Part shown: positions 24,862 through 32,000 of the stretch, piece by piece | How the letters are laid out: each line of letters begins with the position of its first letter | Numbering within the stretch: the stretch's first letter is position 1 | DNA from: an uncultured archaeon | GTDB lineage: Archaea > Asgardarchaeota > Thorarchaeia > Thorarchaeales > Thorarchaeaceae | Reading direction: 5' to 3' | DNA: 32,000 bases | Assembly: GCA_964648855.1 (NCBI GenBank) | Contig: CAZYLT010000009.1 | Coordinates: forward strand, 30,001 to 62,000 | Translations under genes and position numbers: made by a program | Notes under the pieces: model-generated | Told to the model about the DNA's origin: nothing | Seen by the model: only the letters and a program-made list of their open reading frames with translations | The model's database searches: none

Positions 24862-25866
24862 CTACTCTAGGGGAACTGCATTGATTCCACCCTTATCTAG
24901 ATGTCTAGACAGGATGCGTGCATTACCCGTAAAGCAGTACACGACTCTGGGATTAACAGCCTTGGCAAAAGCCAATAAATGTGGAAAATCCGAGTGCGCA
25001 CTCAACGGGAACCCTCTGTTCTTATATTCTAGCAATGTCCATCCAGAAAGATTGTATTCTTTTGTTTCTCGTGGCTTTGCGTTTTCGTCCTCTCTCTTGC
25101 ATCCTCTTATGAGTGACGCTCTACTATGCTTTGGAGATGATGATACAATGGCTACCTCATCTGGTAGCTTTTTTGGGTCTGCAAGGAAACTGCTTGGGGT
25201 AAACTCAAAGTCGCGGCCATGGCCATTGTAAACAGATGAAACCGCATCTACTGCCTTGTTACCAGATGCCGTGGTGATTCCAGAGTGATGTAGAAGTGCA
25301 ATTGCTTCCTGTGCTTTTCCAAGTGAATATGCTCGGAAGATGGGGACTTTCCCAGATTCGATGATTTCCTTGGCCTTACCCACAATATCTCTATGAACCC
25401 CTCTTCTTTCTGGAAATACCCATTGAGGTGTTCCATAGGTGGCCTCTGTTATCAGTACATCTGTTTCGATTGCTGTGGCAGCTCGATGTACAATGCTGTC
25501 CACAGTGTTGAAATCCCCGGTATACAAAACGCTGAGTCCGTCATCAAACTCTACTCTAAACATTGATGAACCCAAGACATGTCCTGCATTCAATGCCGTG
25601 ATGTAATATCCAATCTTGCCTAGTGTATCACCATTTCTGATTATGGTCTGGTTGCATGACAATCTCTTTCCTCTTGCTTCTAGAGTGTCTAAGGTGCCTT
25701 TGGTGGCAATTACTTGGTTCGCCTTAGCGAGCTGTCCTATATGATCTGCATGTGAGTGCGATAGAAGTGTTAGAAATCCTGTTGCTCCTGTGTCGAATGC
25801 GAGTTTGGTGCTTCCATATCTCAGTAGAATGCCTGTTCCATGCTTCGTGATTCTAAGGCTATTCAT
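24862..25866 (-). CDS. Metallo-beta-lactamase / beta-CASP nuclease
   Basis: SHSHADH, AGHVLGS, YTGD, TEATYG, AYSLGKAQ, LSAHSD. Start moved to ATG 25866. Confidence 0.9.
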   Translation of the reverse strand: MNSLRITKHGTGILLRYGSTKLAFDTGATGFLTLLSHSHADHIGQLAKANQVIATKGTLDTLEARGKRLSCNQTIIRNGDTLGKIGYYITALNAGHVLGSSMFRVEFDDGLSVLYTGDFNTVDSIVHRAATAIETDVLITEATYGTPQWVFPERRGVHRDIVGKAKEIIESGKVPIFRAYSLGKAQEAIALLHHSGITTASGNKAVDAVSSVYNGHGRDFEFTPSSFLADPKKLPDEVAIVSSSPKHSRASLIRGCKREDENAKPRETKEYNLSGWTLLEYKNRGFPLSAHSDFPHLLAFAKAVNPRVVYCFTGNARILSRHLDKGGINAVPLE

Positions 25867-25962
25867 CAGGCATCCCCATATATCATTTGACGGCAAAACC
25901 ACCCATAATAGGCTCTAGCAGTCTCTCGTAATCCGGTTCGCAATTTTAAGCATGTTCATCAC

Positions 25963-26850
25963 CTACAAATTCTTCTTCATCAGGGCTAATGAATTCACCA
26001 CCAACTCCCCTTCTAACTTGCTAGCCAGGTCTCTCAGAATTGGAATCTGGGAATCTCTAATTGACGGAAAATAAAGTGTATCAATATCAGATTTTTTTGA
26101 GGTAAGCTGGAAAAAATCAGAAGAGGAGATGGCTGATATCCCAGGGTCGGTCAGAAATACTGGGAAGATGATTTCATTGCCAAGATTGGCATGAGTGAAT
26201 AACATTTTCATATCATCATTATGAGGGATAGAGACCAACTGGTGATTACTTATTCCAATATCCAAACCAAGCAGGTCATTTGAAGGAACCATCTCTCCTT
26301 GTTTTCTGATTCTGCCGATTAATTCCATCCCCTTCGAGTGTTCATATTCATCATCTTCTGTTGAAGAGATCTCTACTGAATTTGATATGTTTCTGATCGT
26401 GCAATGATAAATTTCTCCGATTTGTGTGAATCCCAAATCTTCCAGTGCCCCTCTACTCCAGCTATACAGAAAATTTGTCAAAGGGAAATAGCTCACAGTC
26501 GATTCATTGCCATCTACAACGGCTGCAACCACGTTTTGAATATTGGCAGTTGCGAACAATGGAAGTGAAGACCTTATCACCTGCTTAGTGCTGCTTTCTC
26601 TATACTTTTGGTGTACTCTTATGCCAGCAAGCACGGCGGATTTATCTTCTCTAGCAAGATAGACAGCAGCAAGCCCAACAAGTGTATCACCCAAATATGA
26701 GGCAAATAGCATGGATCTATCCATCTGACAGAAATGAGAAAACGGTTTCAAGAGATGTTCGTTATCCGCTTGTTCATCTACACTTAACACGTTCCACGAG
26801 TCCAGATTATTGCCTGTAAGCCTACTGCTGAAGAAATTCTTCCCTGTCAT
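25963..26850 (-). CDS. Hypothetical protein with GNAT-like N-terminal domain
   Basis: LVGLAAVY...LAGIRVHQKYR resembles GNAT motif A, but the Q/RxxGxG element is missing. Start moved to ATG 26850. Confidence 0.6.
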   Translation of the reverse strand: MTGKNFFSSRLTGNNLDSWNVLSVDEQADNEHLLKPFSHFCQMDRSMLFASYLGDTLVGLAAVYLAREDKSAVLAGIRVHQKYRESSTKQVIRSSLPLFATANIQNVVAAVVDGNESTVSYFPLTNFLYSWSRGALEDLGFTQIGEIYHCTIRNISNSVEISSTEDDEYEHSKGMELIGRIRKQGEMVPSNDLLGLDIGISNHQLVSIPHNDDMKMLFTHANLGNEIIFPVFLTDPGISAISSSDFFQLTSKKSDIDTLYFPSIRDSQIPILRDLASKLEGELVVNSLALMKKNL

Positions 26851-27088
26851 TTTCCTTTTTAGCTCCCTTCTATTTCGTGTTCGTTTACATTTCAATGATA
26901 TTGCAATTGGCTTTAAGTAACTATCATCCCCGTTCATAGCGCTTTCGAAAGCATAGCCATATCAGAATGCAATTTGTAGGTTTACTGCTATATTGGATTG
27001 GAAACCAGATATGCCAAAGGTGATTGAACGCGTTGTTTATAGCGAAGGGTTTATTCCCGCGGATTGATATACCTCTGCCCGGGTAGTT

Positions 27089-28078
27089 ATGAAATCCCTA
27101 GTTCTAACCTCAAATGGTCTTCTATTGCAAGAGAGGCCGAAACCGGCGGTTATGCCAGGATATGTTAGAATTGAAGTCAGATCGGTTGGAATATGTCGAA
27201 CCGACATAAGAATCTGGCAAGGCGAAATTGAAGTAGACTTACCCCTAATCTTGGGGCACGAAATCACCGGAACTATCCAGGAGAGTTCAGTGGGGAGTAT
27301 GACTATTGGCACTCCTGTAACTACTGAAGTGAACTTGTATTGTGGTCGATGCTGGTATTGTAGCCAGAATCAGCGGCATCTGTGTACTACCAAAGATGCT
27401 ATTGGTCTGACTATCGATGGCGGACTTGCTGAATACATCAGTGTCCCAGTGGACATAGTACATGTATTGCCAGAAGGTGTTGACTCAACGATAGGCACTT
27501 TCATTGAACCTCTATCATCTGCCATTCAAACCTATAGGCGGGTTCCTGCAAAAGATAATGAGCCGGTGGTTGTGGTTGGGTCTGGAAAAGTGGGATTGTT
27601 AGTTTCACAGGTGTATGATGCCTTTGGCGCAGATGTATATCTGCTTGGACAAAATCCATGGCAATTGAGTCTAGCTAGAACGCTTGGATTCCGGAATACA
27701 CTCAATACTGACAAACGGGATTGGAAGTCCAAAATTCTATCCGCAACTCATGGTGTGGGTCCTCAAGTGGTTATAGATTGTTCAGGAACTCAGTCTGGCT
27801 TTTATTCGGCGTTAGACCTAGTCCGAAGTGGAGGGCAACTCGCGCTCATGAGTACACAGAGTGATGCAATTCCAATCGAAACGAGCAAAATTGTAAAACG
27901 TGAAATAACTCTCATTGGGAATAGCAGTGGCCAGTTCGACAAAGCGATAGATATGTTAGCGAAGGGGCGGATTGAAGTCAAGAAGTTAGTATCTCGTGAA
28001 TTTGCTCTGGAAGAGGGGGTTGAAGCATTTGAGTATGCAGCAAAGCCGGAAGCCGCCAAGGTGATAATTCACATCTGA
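27089..28078 (+). CDS. Zinc-dependent alcohol dehydrogenase (MDR superfamily)
   Basis: GICRTD, GHE, structural Zn CGRCWYC...C, EPL, Rossmann GSGKVG. Confidence 0.93.
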   Translation: MKSLVLTSNGLLLQERPKPAVMPGYVRIEVRSVGICRTDIRIWQGEIEVDLPLILGHEITGTIQESSVGSMTIGTPVTTEVNLYCGRCWYCSQNQRHLCTTKDAIGLTIDGGLAEYISVPVDIVHVLPEGVDSTIGTFIEPLSSAIQTYRRVPAKDNEPVVVVGSGKVGLLVSQVYDAFGADVYLLGQNPWQLSLARTLGFRNTLNTDKRDWKSKILSATHGVGPQVVIDCSGTQSGFYSALDLVRSGGQLALMSTQSDAIPIETSKIVKREITLIGNSSGQFDKAIDMLAKGRIEVKKLVSREFALEEGVEAFEYAAKPEAAKVIIHI

Positions 28079-28198
28079 GCACTCGGCTTTTCTCGCGTTT
28101 TTATATGTTTGATAGAAGAAATTGTGCAAATGGAAAAGTAGATTATTATCCGCCAACTTGCTAGTTTGAAAAGGAAGCTCATCGAGGGAACACAACGG

Positions 28199-28510
28199 AT
28201 GACATCTGTCAAAGGGACAATTAGAGAAGTCGGTCGTAGCAAGACCACTCGAATAAGCGCCCGACGCTGGTATGGCTCGACAAACATAGTCGTTCAGAAT
28301 CAAGAAACCGGGAAAACGTATACTGTGAAGTTGTCAGCCAACGTTATGAAAAAATGCAACTTTCTGCCTAGAGTGGGGATACCCGTTGTCCTGCACGGTT
28401 TTGTTGAGGATGCTGAATATGGGCTGTCCGATTATTATGTTTCAAGAGTCACATCCATTAAACGCGAAGGTGCCGGGATCAAGGCTGTGCATAAATTCGA
28501 TGATGACTAG
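28199..28510 (+). CDS. Single OB-fold-like protein
   Basis: VKGTIREV...IVVQNQETGKTYTVKL...PRVGIPVVLHGFV pattern with an acidic DDD end. Start ATG 28199 after GAGGG. Confidence 0.65.
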   Translation: MTSVKGTIREVGRSKTTRISARRWYGSTNIVVQNQETGKTYTVKLSANVMKKCNFLPRVGIPVVLHGFVEDAEYGLSDYYVSRVTSIKREGAGIKAVHKFDDD

Positions 28511-28812
28511 TCAATTTCGTCAATGATGAAACCCGGGGGGAGAATCCATTCCGATTTGCATTTTGGGCACTTTGATGGTGATTTCGCCCTATTTCTGCTT
28601 CTGAATACATAATCACACTCACCGCATCTTGCGGGGCTCATTAGGACCTGCTTGCCCTCATTTTGAACACTTTTTGCAATATGCTGAATATCCTCAAATA
28701 CAATCGACCGGTCTCTTATATCTAGAATATCGCAAAGGTCCTTTGCTGTTAATGGGTATTCTGTTGCCTCGAGTTCCTGCTGAATCCTCTCTCGCCGCGT
28801 AAACATTGGCAC
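28507..28812 (-). CDS. HTH + zinc-ribbon transcriptional regulator (archaeal COG3357-like)
   Basis: TRRERI...LTAKDL...EDIQHIAKS...PARCGECDYVF...PSKCPKCKSEWILPP. Confidence 0.88.
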   Translation of the reverse strand: MPMFTRRERIQQELEATEYPLTAKDLCDILDIRDRSIVFEDIQHIAKSVQNEGKQVLMSPARCGECDYVFRSRNRAKSPSKCPKCKSEWILPPGFIIDEID

Positions 28813-29030
28813 TATGATATTCCCCTGGTTTTCTTACACGATTTGAATTAATCAACCTGTCATTCTATTGCCTTATGGATATTTTAAGTTTCGACTCTAG
28901 CAAACTGAGAGAATAGTACAATGCTGCTTTCGCGGTCTTGTCTGGTGATGCTCACCAAATACAATGCCAAATATTTAGAAGCATCCAACGATGAAATATT
29001 ACCGCAAGTGGGAAGCGAGTAGAACGCAGA

Positions 29031-30284
29031 ATGTCACAGAAAGGGCTTGAGCCAGCAGGAAGGGAAATATCGTATAATGATAGAGTATGTTCCAGATGTA
29101 TGGGCCATCGGGCTCTGTGTGGAATTAGTCCCTGTCCATTATTGATGAGAGCCAAGGCACTATCTGATATCGAAAATGCAGTGTTAGGTCTAGACCTTGC
29201 CGGGTCATCACCTCCATCTGTATTTGTAGGTTCTCACGGCTATCCCAAAGTATTAGCAGGCCCGTTAGTGCCGCCGATTCATGGCAGAGAAACTTCATTG
29301 ATGGAGCGGCCAGATTTATGGCTGGAAAAAACTCTCGACGAGATCCTATCTCTCAGATTCAGTTTAGTACGTACAAAGAAGCCAATTCTTGTGGATGCTG
29401 CAGTAGAACCACCAAAAGTATTGCACGAAACACAGACGATGGCTCTATCAGAAAAGCCCCTAGAGTCTGAAGCCCAACTCATAAAGAGGCCTTCCTTTAC
29501 GAGCATATTCTCGCAGCGCACACTTCCCATCGGCCCCTCCGCACCCTTGCAGCTGTTCAAACTTAGTGACAATCCCGCTGTTCCGAAACCGGTTGATAAA
29601 GTCACTTCGGACACGGACCTAAAGGCAACGTCTGGTGTCATGGATTTATTTGAAGAAGGCATCAATCAGCAACACATTTCGCGCCTCTTGTCGATTGGGT
29701 TACTTGGCGAAAAGAAACAAAGGAAATTAGTACCGACCGAATGGAGTATCACTGCCATTGATGACATCGTTGGCAAGCAGCTGCACAAGAGAGTCCTTCG
29801 ATACAAATGGATCAATGATATCCATGTCTACGCCGATTATGCCCTTGGTAACAAAGTCATTGCACTATTTGTGCCCTCCGCTTGGCAATTCGAAGCCCTA
29901 GAATGTTGGTTAGGCCCTCCTAATCCTCCAATATTATCAGACTACGAATGGCACAAGGGAAGAAAGAATTATGCAAGCAGTGTGGTTGGAGCTTATTATG
30001 CAACACGCCTGCCAGTACTGGAACAACTAGACGAAATGAAACGCCAAGCTGGTGCCCTCATCTTCATGGAAGTCAATCCCAAGAAATGGGTCCCGTTGGG
30101 TGTTTGGAGATTCCGTGAAATTGCCAGACGTGCATTTGCCAAAGGGGGCAGGCGTTTCTCAGAGCTTGAAGAGGCTCTCGATCTTATATCCTACCTCTTA
30201 GAGCAACCCTTGGAACGATACCTTGAATCGAGCGAATTATATAACGAATACACTTCTCAGAGGCAATTAACTGAATTCTTTTGA
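29031..30284 (+). CDS. nreA: Nre family DNA repair protein
   Basis: N-terminal CSRC...CGISPCP, GSSPPSVFVG..GYPKV, KLVPTEWSITAIDD, GAYYATRL, PLGVW and C-terminal PIP box QRQLTEFF. Confidence 0.93.
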   Translation: MSQKGLEPAGREISYNDRVCSRCMGHRALCGISPCPLLMRAKALSDIENAVLGLDLAGSSPPSVFVGSHGYPKVLAGPLVPPIHGRETSLMERPDLWLEKTLDEILSLRFSLVRTKKPILVDAAVEPPKVLHETQTMALSEKPLESEAQLIKRPSFTSIFSQRTLPIGPSAPLQLFKLSDNPAVPKPVDKVTSDTDLKATSGVMDLFEEGINQQHISRLLSIGLLGEKKQRKLVPTEWSITAIDDIVGKQLHKRVLRYKWINDIHVYADYALGNKVIALFVPSAWQFEALECWLGPPNPPILSDYEWHKGRKNYASSVVGAYYATRLPVLEQLDEMKRQAGALIFMEVNPKKWVPLGVWRFREIARRAFAKGGRRFSELEEALDLISYLLEQPLERYLESSELYNEYTSQRQLTEFF

Positions 30285-30337
30285 GATTCGGGTAATTTAT
30301 CTAATGCTACTATGAGAGCTTTGTTGAGGAAGAAAAT

Positions 30338-31867
30338 GTGTCATTCGAGAGATTGTGTCGAATTGGTTCTAAGGCACCGCTCCCACATTATGTTCCAGAA
30401 GATACTAAGGATGAACTTGGGAAAGCTTGCGATTTCCTCTCGCCTTCTATGAAATTGTCGCCCGAAGGTGTAATTTCAACTGCATATCTGATGGCAGTAT
30501 TAAGCTTCCTGGGGATTTTTGTAATCCTCTCTCTTGTGGGAGTACTCTGGATAGTGGTGTTATTGATATCCATACTCCTCACTGTGTTGGCATTCTATGC
30601 CGTTCTGTTCTATCCAATATCATTGATGAATAGATACAAGCTATTGCTCTCTGAGCAATCTGATTTGATCTTTGAGCAATTTGCCTTGGTCTACCAAGCT
30701 GGGGGGACAATTTTTGACGCCATAGAGATGATTGCCCAATCTGAGCATCCGTACCTCTCGAAGGCTTTCCAAAGAATACTGGTCGAGATACAACAGGGAG
30801 TTCCTCCTGAACGCGCACTAATGCATTTCGCAAACAACCAGCCATCGCAAGATATGAGGAGATATATCATCACTATTCTTTCAGCTAGTGAACGAGACGT
30901 TGACTTGCTTGACATGGTATCTGGGGAGTCATATGAAGCTGACATGACCCTGAGACAGAAGAACCTTGAGCTAGAGAGTAGACTTCTAGTAACAACTGCA
31001 TTGTTGACTTACTTGCCCATGGTGGCGGTATTGGGACTATCACTGACCGGTGTCGCAGAAAATCCACTAGTGCTTCTACTCTTCCCCGTTTTTTCCATCC
31101 TTGCCTTGTTCTTGAGAAAGAGATTCTCTAATAGATATACTACCTATTTTGACACTCCGAGAGAAACTGGCTTAGGTCAGCCGTCGCAAAATGAAGTGAT
31201 AAGAGAATATGATGAGTTTCTCAACTTCTTGATTCTGCTTGGAGAGAGATTATCTCTTGGTGACACGTTGGAAGTTGCCCTCTTTGAAGTTAGAAACGAT
31301 ATTGGGAAAGAAGTTCAGCGAATATTGGACCCTGCACTTGCATGCTTGAACAGCAAGAATTGCAGTTTGGAGGAGGCATTGTCTAAATCGTCGGATAAGG
31401 CATTGGGTGCACGAGTCGCCCAGATTCTTAACCTGCTTGGGCTCATGGTTGCATCCTCGGCCAGAGATGCTGGTACTCGGATTCGAAAGATTGCCACGAG
31501 GCTGGTTGAGCGGTCCGAAGTTGCAAAAGAAAGAGATACGATAATAGCTGCCCAACGATTGAAAGTATACATACTTAGCTTGACAAGTTCCCTCGTACTG
31601 GGCTTTCTCACATCACTCGCGCCATTTCTTTCGCTTGCATCACTACTATCAAATAATCAGGGCATAGTTCTAGGAGCAAAATCAATCATTGAAATGTACC
31701 CACTAATAGCAGCCATAGGCCTGACCAACGCATTCACTGCCCATCAATCAACAAAGATGGTTGGTGGCGAGCATCCTAACCTGATTGCGTTTATATCGAC
31801 TACAATCTATCTCCTGTCGTTGGCTTTTGCAGGAGCTTTCATAGGGCTGAGCTTCAGTCTAGAATAG
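30338..31867 (+). CDS. Type II secretion system F / TadB-TadC / ArlJ-like pilus platform membrane protein
   Basis: Two T2SSF-like repeats (AGGTIFDAIEMIAQSEHPYLSKAFQRIL...GVPPERAL; LGDTLEVAL), each followed by TM helices. Confidence 0.8.
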   Translation: MSFERLCRIGSKAPLPHYVPEDTKDELGKACDFLSPSMKLSPEGVISTAYLMAVLSFLGIFVILSLVGVLWIVVLLISILLTVLAFYAVLFYPISLMNRYKLLLSEQSDLIFEQFALVYQAGGTIFDAIEMIAQSEHPYLSKAFQRILVEIQQGVPPERALMHFANNQPSQDMRRYIITILSASERDVDLLDMVSGESYEADMTLRQKNLELESRLLVTTALLTYLPMVAVLGLSLTGVAENPLVLLLFPVFSILALFLRKRFSNRYTTYFDTPRETGLGQPSQNEVIREYDEFLNFLILLGERLSLGDTLEVALFEVRNDIGKEVQRILDPALACLNSKNCSLEEALSKSSDKALGARVAQILNLLGLMVASSARDAGTRIRKIATRLVERSEVAKERDTIIAAQRLKVYILSLTSSLVLGFLTSLAPFLSLASLLSNNQGIVLGAKSIIEMYPLIAAIGLTNAFTAHQSTKMVGGEHPNLIAFISTTIYLLSLAFAGAFIGLSFSLE

Positions 31868-31961
31868 TTTATAGGATACTATGTTGTCATTTGCCAATAG
31901 TAATCGCGAGGTGCATTATATGCTACAATTCGGAGTTTTTGATCTTAGCTTTGGTGAAATA

Positions 31962-32000
31962 ATGGCATGGCTGGCAGACCCATGGGTAATTGGATGGGTC
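31962..32000 (+). CDS. N-terminus of a gene running off the window (MAWLADPWVIGWV)
   Basis: GGTGA RBS then ATG 31962, open to the window end. Confidence 0.55.
   Translation, partial: MAWLADPWVIGWV

Noticed and set aside
1-32000. tRNA/rRNA genes, IS elements, integrases, provirus
   Set aside because: No cloverleaf, rRNA-like tract, transposase or terminal repeats were recognised by eye. tRNAscan-SE/Infernal would be needed to exclude small ncRNAs in intergenic gaps.

Overview
Gene-dense archaeal chromosome segment, most likely from an Asgard archaeon, possibly Thorarchaeia-like. This is inferred from gene content: a Rab-like small GTPase without a prenylation motif, a PRMT-like methyltransferase, archaeal RecJ/GAN, NreA with a PIP box, an ASH-Ski2/DUF5814-type helicase, and GGAGG/GGTGA ribosome-binding sites. 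There are about 35 protein genes covering purine/MTA salvage, DNA/RNA processing, transport and several lineage-specific hypotheticals, plus one degraded MFS pseudogene. I saw no rRNA, tRNA, CRISPR array or mobile element. The most interesting observations are: (1) a 173-aa coiled-coil protein whose C-terminal half aligns without gaps to the ESCRT-I Vps28 C-terminal four-helix bundle, next to a tail-anchored membrane protein and near the Rab-like GTPase; (2) a 32-aa hyper-acidic Trp-repeat micropeptide gene that the ORF track missed, with its own RBS and terminator and resembling Arp2/3-binding DDW motifs and Sem1/Dss1; (3) a compact PRMT-like arginine methyltransferase; (4) a tightly coupled operon of two unknown proteins and an ASH-Ski2-like helicase. 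All family assignments come from motif recognition and remembered sequences; no searches were run.
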